Assembly: GCA_049682755.1 (NCBI GenBank) | Contig: JBAUIH010000022.1 | Location: 4,377-68,376, forward strand | Origin: Candidatus Aminicenantales bacterium | GTDB taxonomy: Bacteria > Acidobacteriota > Aminicenantia > Aminicenantales > UBA8522 | Reading direction: 5' to 3' | DNA: 64,000 bases | Shown: positions 19,401 to 28,340 of the stretch, in pieces | How the letters are laid out: every line of letters begins with the position of its first letter | Position numbering within the stretch: the first letter of the stretch is position 1 | Program-made: the position numbers and the translations under genes | Notes under the pieces: model-generated | Seen by the model: the letters and a program-made list of their open reading frames with translations, nothing else | Database searches by the model: none | Told to the model about the DNA's origin: nothing

Positions 19401-20743
19401 GCTTCATCTCGCTCAGCGATCCTGACAAGAAGGAGATGTTGGCCCGGATCGGCGTCTCCTCGCCGGACGACTTCTTCCGCTGTATTCCCGAGAGCATCCG
19501 GCTGAAGAAAGAGTTGCGTCTTCCTCAGTCCTTGTCCGAACCCGAGCTCGTTGGTCGCTTCGAGGCCCTGGGCCGGAAGAACAAGGCCGGCGACTATCTC
19601 TCCTTTCTTGGGGCGGGCGCCTACCGCCATCACATCCCCGCCGTCGTGGATTATCTGAGCGCAAGGGGGGAATTCATCAGTCCCTACACGCCCTATCAGC
19701 CTGAGGTCAGCCAGGGGACGCTCCAGGTCATCTTTGAGTACCAGACGCTCATTTGCCAATTGACCGGGATGGAGATCGCCAATGCCTCTCTCTACGAGGG
19801 CGCTTCTGCGGCCGCCGAGGCCGTCCTGATGGCCGAGCGCGTCAAGGGCCGGCCGAAGATTCTTATCGCGGGCTCCCTTCATCCCCAATACCGGGAGGTC
19901 ATCCGCACCTATGTCAAGAATTTGCCCATCCGCATCGAGGAAATCGCCGCCGATAGCCATGGGCAGGTCGACAGCGATGCCCTGAGCCGGGAGATTGATG
20001 ACCAGACGAGCGCCGTGGTCTGCCAATCGCCCAACTTTTTCGGCGTGGTCGAGGATCTCGACCGGGTGGCCGAGATCGCCCGGCAGCGCCAGGCGCTCTC
20101 CGTCGCCATCGTCGCTGAGGCGGTCTCGCTGGGACTTCTCAAAGAGCCCGGCGCAAGCGGAGCGGATATCGTTGCCGGGGAAGGCCAATCGCTCGGACTT
20201 CCCCTGAGCTTCGGTGGCCCCTATCTCGGCTTCATGGCCTGTCGCCGGGACCTCATCCGGCAGTTCCCCGGGCGCATTGCCGGAGAAACCAGGGATGCGG
20301 AAGGAAAAAGAGGTTTTGTCCTGACTCTGTCGACCCGGGAGCAACACATCCGCCGGGAGAAAGCCACCTCCAACATTTGCACCAACCAGGCCTGGTGCGC
20401 GCTGCGGGCGACGATTTTCCTGGAAACCCTCGGCCGGGAGGGAATGCGGGAGTTGGCCTACCAGAATATTCAGAAAGCCAATTATGCCCTCGATAAGCTA
20501 TGTGCCATTAAGGGGGTCAGCCGGAAGTTCAGCGGGCCGATCTTCAACGAGTTCGTCCTGAAGTTTGAGGGAGGCTATGCCAAGATCGCGGACCACCTCC
20601 TCCGTAACGGAGTCATCGGCGGACAGGAACTGGGGCCGGACTATCCGGAACTCGACTCCTGCGCGCTCTTCTGCGTGACTGAAGTCCACGGCAAGGAAGA
20701 TATTGACCGGCTGGCCGGACTGGTCGAGGAGGCCGTCCGATGA
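19397..20743 (+). CDS. gcvPA: Glycine dehydrogenase (decarboxylating) subunit 1
   Basis: N-terminal P-protein half. ATGA overlap with gcvH. Confidence 0.9.
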   Translation: MSFISLSDPDKKEMLARIGVSSPDDFFRCIPESIRLKKELRLPQSLSEPELVGRFEALGRKNKAGDYLSFLGAGAYRHHIPAVVDYLSARGEFISPYTPYQPEVSQGTLQVIFEYQTLICQLTGMEIANASLYEGASAAAEAVLMAERVKGRPKILIAGSLHPQYREVIRTYVKNLPIRIEEIAADSHGQVDSDALSREIDDQTSAVVCQSPNFFGVVEDLDRVAEIARQRQALSVAIVAEAVSLGLLKEPGASGADIVAGEGQSLGLPLSFGGPYLGFMACRRDLIRQFPGRIAGETRDAEGKRGFVLTLSTREQHIRREKATSNICTNQAWCALRATIFLETLGREGMRELAYQNIQKANYALDKLCAIKGVSRKFSGPIFNEFVLKFEGGYAKIADHLLRNGVIGGQELGPDYPELDSCALFCVTEVHGKEDIDRLAGLVEEAVR

Positions 20744-22191
20744 ACCGTGAACCTTTGATTTTCGAGATCAGTTCGCCGACCAAGAAGGGCTTTGCTCTCC
20801 CCAAACTCGATGTGCCCGAAAATAAGGACGCTTTGTCACGTCTTCCCCTGAGAAAGGAGATCCGCGGGTTTCCCCAGGTTTCCGAGATCGAGGCGGTCCG
20901 CCATTTCACCCGGCTGTCCCAGGCGAACTTCTGCATCGACACGACCTTCTATCCCCTCGGCTCCTGCACCATGAAATACAATCCCAAGGTGAACGAAAAA
21001 ATCGCCGGGCTGCCGGATTTTCAGAACTGCCATCCCCAGTCCCCGCCGGGACTCGTCCAGGGGAATCTTGAGGTTTTGAAGACTCTCGAGGATCTCTTGA
21101 GCGAGATCACCGGCATGGATGCGCTGACACTTCAACCCAGCGCCGGCGCCCAGGGAGAGCTCTTGGGCATGATGCTCATCCGGGCCTGCCACGAGGACCG
21201 CGGCCATCCCCGCAAAATCGTCCTGATCCCCGATTCAGCCCATGGGACCAATCCCTCGAGCGCCCATATCTGCGGCTACCGCGTCCAAGAGGTCAAATCC
21301 AACGAGCAGGGGACGATTGACCTGGTTTCGTTGCGTCAGGCGATGACCGAGGACGTGGCTGCCTTGATGGTCACCAATCCGAACACCTTGGGCGTGTTTG
21401 AGTGGGACATCCTGGAAATCACCGAGATCGTCCATGCCAAGGGAGGGCTCGTCTATATGGATGGCGCCAATATGAACGCCCTGGTGGGCAAGTTCCGGCC
21501 GGGCGATATGGGAATCGACGTCATCCACCTCAACCTGCACAAGACATTTTCCACTCCCCACGGGGGAGGGGGCCCCGGCGCCGGTCCGGTCGGCGTCAAG
21601 ACGCATCTCGAGCCCTACCTGCCCGTTCCAATCGTGGATAAAAGTCCCTCCGGATTCACCCTGAACTATGAGCGTCCCAAGAGTGTCGGACGGGTACGGA
21701 GTTTCTTCGGCAATTTCCTAGTGATGCTCAAGGCCTTGGCCTACATCCAATCATTGGGAGCATCCGGGCTGAAGGAGGTCGCCGAAATCGCCGTCCTCAA
21801 CTCCAACTACATCCGCAAGAGTCTGGAAGATATTTATCATCTCAAATACACTGCCCCGACGCTCCATGAATGCGTCCTCTCAGACAAGGTTCAGAAGGAA
21901 CGCGGCATCCAAAATATCGACATCGCCAAGCGGCTGATCGATTACGGCCTCCATCCGCCGACCATGTCTTTTCCTTTGATCGTTCCGGGCGCCTTGATGA
22001 TTGAACCCACCGAGACCGAGAGCCGCCGGGACCTCGATCAGTTCATTGAAGCAATGAAAGCGATCGCCCGGGAAGCGATTGAAAAACCGGAAATCCTCAA
22101 GTCCGCTCCCCATGTCTCTTATGTGCGGCGGCTGGACGAGACCGTCGCGGCCCGCAACCCCGTGCTGAGATGGGAGGAGTCGAGCGAATAG
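20740..22191 (+). CDS. gcvPB: Glycine dehydrogenase (decarboxylating) subunit 2
   Basis: C-terminal P-protein half carrying the PLP-lysine region (NLHKTFSTPHGGGGPG). ATGA overlap with gcvPA. Confidence 0.9.
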   Translation: MNREPLIFEISSPTKKGFALPKLDVPENKDALSRLPLRKEIRGFPQVSEIEAVRHFTRLSQANFCIDTTFYPLGSCTMKYNPKVNEKIAGLPDFQNCHPQSPPGLVQGNLEVLKTLEDLLSEITGMDALTLQPSAGAQGELLGMMLIRACHEDRGHPRKIVLIPDSAHGTNPSSAHICGYRVQEVKSNEQGTIDLVSLRQAMTEDVAALMVTNPNTLGVFEWDILEITEIVHAKGGLVYMDGANMNALVGKFRPGDMGIDVIHLNLHKTFSTPHGGGGPGAGPVGVKTHLEPYLPVPIVDKSPSGFTLNYERPKSVGRVRSFFGNFLVMLKALAYIQSLGASGLKEVAEIAVLNSNYIRKSLEDIYHLKYTAPTLHECVLSDKVQKERGIQNIDIAKRLIDYGLHPPTMSFPLIVPGALMIEPTETESRRDLDQFIEAMKAIAREAIEKPEILKSAPHVSYVRRLDETVAARNPVLRWEESSE

Positions 22192-22195
22192 CCCG

Positions 22196-23044
22196 ATGTC
22201 TCTCCAGAACCTCGTCATGAACCTTCAGAGATATTGGGCCGATCAAGGCTGTTACCTGGCGCAGCCCTATGATCTCGAAGTCGGCGCCGGCACCATGACC
22301 CCGGATACATTTTTTCGCGTCCTCGATCGGAGGCCCTGGAGGGTTGCCTATGTCCAGCCGTCCCGCAGGCCGGCGGACGGACGCTATGGGGAAAACCCGC
22401 ACCGCGTCCAGAAGCACTATCAGTATCAAGTCATCGTGAAACCATCCCCCCCCGACATTCAAGCTCTTTATATCAACAGTCTCACCAGCCTGGGAATTGA
22501 TCTCGCCGTGCATGACCTGAGGTTCGATGAGGACGATTGGGAATCGCCGACCATCGGTGCCTGGGGAGTCGGCTGGCAGGTCGTTCTCGACGGACTGGAG
22601 ATCACCCAGTTCACCTATTTTCAGCAGGCCGGCGGGATCGAACTCTTTCCCGTCCCCGTGGAGATCACCTACGGACTGGAACGCCTGGAGATGTTTCTCG
22701 AGGAGAAGGACAATCTCTATGACCTCGACTGGTCCGGAGATGTTACCTACAGGGAACTGAGGCTCCGGGAGGAAAGGGAATTCTCCGAGTACAATTTCAG
22801 CCTGGCGGACATCGAGAGTCTCCGGAAATCGTTCGCCCTGGCGGAAGGGGAGGCGGCCAGGCTCATTGACAGCGGGCTTCTTCTTCCCGCCTATGACATG
22901 TGTCTCAAATGTTCTCACCTTTTCAACCTTCTGGACGCCCGCGGGGCGGTCAGCGTTACCGAGAGGGTCAAGATGATCGGCCAGATCCGGACGCTGGTGA
23001 ACCGGATCGCCCGGAGATTTTGCGGCCAAGAGGGCGTGTCCTGA
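22196..23044 (+). CDS. glyQ: Glycine-tRNA ligase alpha subunit
   Basis: Begins MSLQNLVMNLQRYWADQGC, typical of GlyQ. It starts 5 nt after the gcvPB stop. Confidence 0.9.
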   Translation: MSLQNLVMNLQRYWADQGCYLAQPYDLEVGAGTMTPDTFFRVLDRRPWRVAYVQPSRRPADGRYGENPHRVQKHYQYQVIVKPSPPDIQALYINSLTSLGIDLAVHDLRFDEDDWESPTIGAWGVGWQVVLDGLEITQFTYFQQAGGIELFPVPVEITYGLERLEMFLEEKDNLYDLDWSGDVTYRELRLREEREFSEYNFSLADIESLRKSFALAEGEAARLIDSGLLLPAYDMCLKCSHLFNLLDARGAVSVTERVKMIGQIRTLVNRIARRFCGQEGVS

Positions 23045-25128
23045 TGGAATTCCTCCTTGAGATCTTCACCGAGGAGATGCCGTCCTCGCATATCAAGACG
23101 GGCTTGGCTCAGCTCAAAGATAGGCTCGGCAAGACGCTCCAAGAGTGCCGGATTGATTGTCCGTCGCTCGAAACCTTCGGGACCTGCCGCAGGCTGGTCG
23201 TCGTCGGGGATTTCGCTTCCCGGCAAGACGACAGCGAGGAGGTCGTGATCGGTCCGCCGAAGGATGTGGCCTTCGCCCCCGATGGGTCTCCCACTCCCGC
23301 CGCCAGGGGGTTTGCCAGGTCCCAGAACGCTTCGCTCGAAAGCCTTGAAGTCATCAAAACCCCGAAGGGCGAGTATGTCGGCTTGAAAAAGACCACTCCA
23401 GGCCGGTCCACGGGGGAGATCCTGGCCGAGGCGCTCCCCGGCATGATCACCTCTCTTTCGTTTCCTAAAATGATGAGGTGGGGAGACGTCAATCTCCGTT
23501 TCTCTCGCCCGATAAGAAATATTTTGGCGCTCTGGGATGGACACGTCCTTTCCTTTTCCATCCAGGGGATAGAGTCCAATGACATTGTGTCCGGACATAA
23601 ACTCCGCTCGCCTCGGCGTTTCCGGGTAAAATCAATCCGGGAATATCGGGCCGGCTTGAAAAGGAACAAGGTCGTTCTAGCGGCCGAGGACAGAAAACGT
23701 CTTATCCTCCGTCAGATCGGCAAACGCCTGGGCACGCTCAAGGCCCAGATTTTTCCGGATGACGCGCTCCTCGAAAAGCTGGCTTACGACGTCGAATTTC
23801 CCTATGTCTTCCGGGGAGATTTCCCCCGGGAATATCTCCGCCTCCCTCTGGAAGTGCTCAGTGCGGCCATGAGGGAAGGGCAAAGTCTTTTTTCCGTCGT
23901 CCGGGAAAGCCGGCAGCTCCCTTTGTTTCTTGGGGTCGCCGACACACTCAAGGACCCGAAGCGGCTGATCCGCCGGGGAAATGAGCGGGTCCTCAAAGCC
24001 AGGCTTGAGGACGCCCGGTTTTTCTGGGAGCAGGACCTCAAGGTTCCCCTGGTTCAAAGGGCAGCCGCGCTGAACCAGGTCGTTTTCCAGGAAAAACTGG
24101 GGAGTTATGAAGACAAGCGTGTCCGTCTGAAGCTCATGGTGGCCTATCTCTGTGACAGGCTCGATGAGAAAAAGATCAAAAAAGAGGCCGTCCAGGCGGG
24201 CGATCTCTGCAAAGTCGACCTTCTGACCGAGATGGTCCGGGAATTTCCCAGTCTTCAAGGAATGGTCGGCGGATTGTACGCCAAAGAGGAGGGATATCCG
24301 GCGGCGGTCTGTCAGGCCATCTATGAGCACTATCGGCCCGTCGGCTTCGAGGACTCTCCCCCGTCCTCTATTGCCGGATCGCTCCTTTCCCTGTCCGACA
24401 AGCTCGATTCGATCGTCGGTGCAGTGGGCATCGGAATCCGGGCCACCGGGTCGAGCGACTCCTTCGGGCTGCGGCGGCAGGCTAACGGCATTTGCCGGAT
24501 TATCCTGGACGGGAAGCTCAATCTTGCTCTGGGTCCTCTCCTGGAGAGGGCCGTATCCGCCTACGGAGATATTCTGGAAAGGCCAAAACATGAGATCGTC
24601 GAATATGTCAGATCCCTGTTCGAGCAACGGCTCCGCTTCATCTATGAAAGCCAGGGATACCGTTATGACCTGGTCGGCGCTGTTCTCGGGGCCGGTTTTG
24701 ACAACGTCTCTCACTCCCTGCTTCGCCTCCAGGCCCTCGACGCGCTAAAGAAAAGCCCGCACTTCGAGCCCTTCATCCTGATGGCCAAGCGGGTCAACAA
24801 CATCCTCCGCGACAGCCCCTCCTATCCGGTGAATGAGGAGCTCTTGGCAGACAGAGAGGAGAAAGAGCTCTGGTCGACATTGTCCATTGTCAGAAACAAT
24901 GCGCTTCCTTTGATCGAAGCGGGGGATTTTGCCAGGGCGCAGAACATGATTTTCAGGCTGCAGTCGCCCCTAAACGCGTTCTTTGACAAGGTCCTGGTCA
25001 TGTCCGAGGACAGAACACTCCGGCGGAACCGACTCGGCCTTCTGGGCCGGATCAGCAGGCTCCTCCTCTCCATCGCGGATTGGTCCCAAATTGTCGTTGA
25101 AGGGGAGAGGAAAGAGACGCCGGTTTAG
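23044..25128 (+). CDS. glyS: Glycine-tRNA ligase beta subunit
   Basis: The start MEFLLEIFTEEMP overlaps the glyQ stop (TGATG). The protein is about 695 aa. The listed ORF starts earlier, at 22900. Confidence 0.85.
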   Translation: MEFLLEIFTEEMPSSHIKTGLAQLKDRLGKTLQECRIDCPSLETFGTCRRLVVVGDFASRQDDSEEVVIGPPKDVAFAPDGSPTPAARGFARSQNASLESLEVIKTPKGEYVGLKKTTPGRSTGEILAEALPGMITSLSFPKMMRWGDVNLRFSRPIRNILALWDGHVLSFSIQGIESNDIVSGHKLRSPRRFRVKSIREYRAGLKRNKVVLAAEDRKRLILRQIGKRLGTLKAQIFPDDALLEKLAYDVEFPYVFRGDFPREYLRLPLEVLSAAMREGQSLFSVVRESRQLPLFLGVADTLKDPKRLIRRGNERVLKARLEDARFFWEQDLKVPLVQRAAALNQVVFQEKLGSYEDKRVRLKLMVAYLCDRLDEKKIKKEAVQAGDLCKVDLLTEMVREFPSLQGMVGGLYAKEEGYPAAVCQAIYEHYRPVGFEDSPPSSIAGSLLSLSDKLDSIVGAVGIGIRATGSSDSFGLRRQANGICRIILDGKLNLALGPLLERAVSAYGDILERPKHEIVEYVRSLFEQRLRFIYESQGYRYDLVGAVLGAGFDNVSHSLLRLQALDALKKSPHFEPFILMAKRVNNILRDSPSYPVNEELLADREEKELWSTLSIVRNNALPLIEAGDFARAQNMIFRLQSPLNAFFDKVLVMSEDRTLRRNRLGLLGRISRLLLSIADWSQIVVEGERKETPV

Positions 25129-25556
25129 ATCTCGAACTCGTCCTTTTCGGGATCGGAAAGCTCTTTTTCTTTATCGGCGAACTTCTGTTCCAGAGCCATG
25201 ATCTTCACCATGTTCTGGGGCAGGTTTTGGTCCTTGTCCATCCCATAGGGATTGAACTGGACACCCACCTGGAACGCGTAGCTTTTCCCCTCGCCGGGGG
25301 ACGACCATTTGACGATCCCCTTCATCGTGAACGGGATACGCTCGCCGGGCACGGAAATCCGCAGCGCGACCTCGGACTCGGGCTTGAGCATTTTCTGGGT
25401 CAGGAAGCGGACGCCGCCGCGGCTGATGTCCAGGATAGGGCAGAACTCCTCGATGAACGCGGGAAGGGGAAAGAGTGATTTCCGCTGATAGTTGAGCGTG
25501 GCGCCCGGGATCTTGAAACGGATGCATGACCGTCTTTCGATCTCGTTTTCGTCCAT
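25125..25556 (-). CDS. PilZ-domain protein (c-di-GMP receptor-like)
   Basis: RxxxR (RRSCIRF) and DxSxxG (DISRGGVRF) motifs. The likely start is MDENEIERR at 25556. The listed ORF reaches 25616 and would swallow the promoter. Confidence 0.6.
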   Translation of the reverse strand: MDENEIERRSCIRFKIPGATLNYQRKSLFPLPAFIEEFCPILDISRGGVRFLTQKMLKPESEVALRISVPGERIPFTMKGIVKWSSPGEGKSYAFQVGVQFNPYGMDKDQNLPQNMVKIMALEQKFADKEKELSDPEKDEFEI

Positions 25557-25588
25557 TGCGGCCCTCTTTTTTTCGAACCGTCCTATTT

Positions 25589-25616
25589 TATATAACAATC
25601 CTTGGACAAAAGTCAA
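25589..25616 (-). promoter_or_regulatory. Sigma70-like promoter for the PilZ gene (TTGACT-16-TATATA)
   Basis: Reading the minus strand, TTGACT is followed by a 16-nt spacer and TATATA, about 30 nt upstream of the 25556 ATG. An AAGAGGG RBS follows. Confidence 0.35.
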
Positions 25617-25713
25617 AACATGATATTTTAAGGGAGGTCTCCTGCGCCCGGCAGAAAGAATATAGATTTGGCGATGCCTCCTCCTTGAAAGCCGCGGAGG
25701 GTTCAGTTTTCGG

Positions 25714-25742
25714 TTGACAGAGACACCCGTTTTCTTTAGAAT
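25714..25742 (+). promoter_or_regulatory. Sigma70-like promoter for the BNR protein gene (TTGACA-17-TAGAAT)
   Basis: A perfect -35 hexamer and a 5/6 -10 hexamer with a 17-nt spacer. They sit about 75 nt upstream of the ATG at 25823, which has a GGAAAGGAGGAAC RBS. Confidence 0.45.
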
Positions 25743-25822
25743 CGAGCCTTGTGTCGGAGATTCGACAAGTCAAACCCAACAGTTTCCCTGGCCTTTCGCC
25801 AGGATCCCCGGAAAGGAGGAAC

Positions 25823-28234
25823 ATGCGCTCTCACAATAATCTCCATCCTTTAGCCGTTATCGGATTATTGGCCTGTGTCAGTCTCGGGTTGACGGGAAGG
25901 GCAGCCGGGCAGAAGGCCGTCAGGCCGGCCCAGGTGCGGGCCACCGACCCGGCCATCAGGCTTCAAGGCTTTGCCGCTCATCTGGAGATGATTAAGAACT
26001 CTCCCTTGCAGTCATTGGTCTGGAGTCATATCGGGCCGACCAACGTCAGCGGTCGGGCGACCGATATTGCCGTCGTGGGGCCTCGCGGAAAGAGTTATAC
26101 GATCTATGCGGCGACGGCCTCAGGCGGTGTCTGGAAGACGGTCAATGAAGGGATAACCTGGGAGCCTATCTTCGAGAGGGCTGCCTCGACGGCGATCGGG
26201 GACGTGGCCATTGCTCCATCCAACCCTGAGATCGTCTGGGTGGGGACGGGTGAAGCCAACATTTTCCGAAGCTCCCAGGCCGGCTGCGGAATCTACAAAT
26301 CAACGGACGGAGGGAAGACCTGGGCCGACATGGGGCTCGCAGATACTTATACCATCGCCCGGATTGTCCTTCATCCTCAGAATCCGGATATCGTTTATGT
26401 GGCCGCCTCCGGGCACGAATGGACAGAAAACGCCGAGCGGGGCGTCTTCAAGACGACGGACGGTGGAAAAAACTGGGAAAAGGCCCTCTACATCAGCCCG
26501 AAGACGGGGGTTATCGATCTGGTGATGGACCCGGCGGACAGCGATACTCTATATGCGGCTACCTGGCAGAGGACCAGGCTCAAATGGAACGATCCACGGA
26601 ATTTCCCGGGATATTCGGAGAGCGGCATCTATAAGACATCCGATGCGGGAAAGACCTGGAAGACTAGCCATGCAGGTCTTCCCGAGGCGCAATTCAGGGG
26701 CCGGATCGGGCTGGATATCTGCCTGAAGAAGCCCAACGTGCTCTATGCCCTGGTTGATAACTATGAAAAAGCCGCCCAGGCGGCTCCGGCGGAGGCGACC
26801 GATTCTTACGGCCGTCCCTCCAGCGGGAGAATCAAAGGTGCGACATTGTATCGATCTGATGACCGGGGGGAAACCTGGACATTGGTCGCTCCGACAACAC
26901 CGGAAACAAAGACGTTGATGGAGCGTCATTCCGGGACCTATGGCTGGGTCTTCGGGCAAGTCCGAGTAGATCCTAATGACGAAAACACCGTCTATATCAT
27001 GGGCGTCCCGTTGAGCGTCTCCAAGGACGGCGGCAAGACCTTCACGACACTCCGGGGCATGCATGCGGACCATCACGGCCTGTGGATCGACCCGCAGAAT
27101 TCGGACTACCTGGTGAACGCCAACGACGGGGGCATCGTCATCTCCTATGACGGGGGAAAGAACTGGCGGCAGTTTCGGGATAATCTTCCCGTCTGCCAGT
27201 TCTTCAATATCGCCTATGATATGGCAACCTCGTTCAGGGTCTATGGGTCGATGCAGGACCACGGGAGTTATCGGGGACAAGTCCTCAGAAAAAGCGAGCG
27301 ATTCACGGGGAAAGTTCTTGAGGGTTTTCAGGCCGTCGCCTTCGAGTCGGCGCCGGGAGGCGAGGGCTCGAGCCACGCCATCGATCCGACCAACCCCGAA
27401 ATCGTCTATTCGGCCGGCTTCTACGGCCGCGTCTCGCGCTCGGATATGAGGCTGCCGGAGCGGGAACGGACCAAGAGTTTGCTCCCGGCCACCTACCCGG
27501 ATGAACCGCCCCTCCGGGGCCAGTGGGTGGCGCCATTCATCATCTCGCCGCTTAACAATGAGACGATTTACCATGGGATGCAGCACCTCTTCCGGTCATA
27601 TAACCGGGGTGATATCTGGGAGCGGATCAGCCCCGACCTGACGTACAACGCGGCAGCGGAGATGGGAGACATTCCGTATCACACTCTTTTCTCCATCTCT
27701 GAATCCCCCCTCCGGGCCGGCCTTGTCTATGTCGGAACGGATGACGGGAAAGTCCAGGTCACCCGGGATGGCGGAAAAACGTGGTCGGAGATCATGTCCG
27801 GCCTCCCGTATCAGAAATGGGTCTCCCGGATCGTCGCTTCGAAGTTTGACCTAGGGACGGTCTATATGACTCAAAACGGAAAGCGTGACGACGATTTCAT
27901 CCCTTATGTCTGGAAATCAACCGATTTTGGGAAAACCTGGGTCAGCATCGCCGGCAACATCCCCTTCGGTCCGGTGAATGTCATCCGCGAGGATCCGGTT
28001 GACAAGAACATCCTTTATGTGGGGACCGACGGAGGCGTCTATGCGACCAAAGACGGCGGGAAGAGCTGGAACGTGCTGGGCGGGAACCTGCCGATGGTCT
28101 ATGTCCTTGACCTGATCATCCACCCCCGCGACAACGTCATCGTCATCGCCACGCATGGACGCGGCATGTGGGCCGTCGACGCCGATCCGATCAATGAGAA
28201 GTCCAAGCGCCGGCCCCGCTGGTGGGAGGACTGA
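25823..28234 (+). CDS. Secreted BNR/Asp-box repeat protein (sortilin/Vps10- or GH74-like beta-propeller)
   Basis: Signal peptide. Nine S/TxDxGxTW Asp-box motifs (STDGGKTW, TTDGGKNW, TSDAGKTW, SDDRGETW, SKDGGKTF, SYDGGKNW, TRDGGKTW, STDFGKTW, TKDGGKSW). The true ATG is at 25823, not the 25751 listed. Confidence 0.6.
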   Translation: MRSHNNLHPLAVIGLLACVSLGLTGRAAGQKAVRPAQVRATDPAIRLQGFAAHLEMIKNSPLQSLVWSHIGPTNVSGRATDIAVVGPRGKSYTIYAATASGGVWKTVNEGITWEPIFERAASTAIGDVAIAPSNPEIVWVGTGEANIFRSSQAGCGIYKSTDGGKTWADMGLADTYTIARIVLHPQNPDIVYVAASGHEWTENAERGVFKTTDGGKNWEKALYISPKTGVIDLVMDPADSDTLYAATWQRTRLKWNDPRNFPGYSESGIYKTSDAGKTWKTSHAGLPEAQFRGRIGLDICLKKPNVLYALVDNYEKAAQAAPAEATDSYGRPSSGRIKGATLYRSDDRGETWTLVAPTTPETKTLMERHSGTYGWVFGQVRVDPNDENTVYIMGVPLSVSKDGGKTFTTLRGMHADHHGLWIDPQNSDYLVNANDGGIVISYDGGKNWRQFRDNLPVCQFFNIAYDMATSFRVYGSMQDHGSYRGQVLRKSERFTGKVLEGFQAVAFESAPGGEGSSHAIDPTNPEIVYSAGFYGRVSRSDMRLPERERTKSLLPATYPDEPPLRGQWVAPFIISPLNNETIYHGMQHLFRSYNRGDIWERISPDLTYNAAAEMGDIPYHTLFSISESPLRAGLVYVGTDDGKVQVTRDGGKTWSEIMSGLPYQKWVSRIVASKFDLGTVYMTQNGKRDDDFIPYVWKSTDFGKTWVSIAGNIPFGPVNVIREDPVDKNILYVGTDGGVYATKDGGKSWNVLGGNLPMVYVLDLIIHPRDNVIVIATHGRGMWAVDADPINEKSKRRPRWWED

Positions 28235-28285
28235 ACCGGCTGTCTCGCGACATCTTTTGCTTGAACGGGAAGCGGCGGGAATCCG

Positions 28286-28314
28286 TTGACTTATTCTCGC
28301 TTGAGTTCTATGCT
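28286..28314 (+). promoter_or_regulatory. Candidate sigma70 promoter for the kinase gene (TTGACT-17-TATGCT)
   Basis: The hexamers and spacing were read directly from the sequence. They lie about 30 nt upstream of the kinase start. Confidence 0.3.
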
Positions 28315-28340
28315 GGAATCACTGCGCTTCTACCGAGGAC

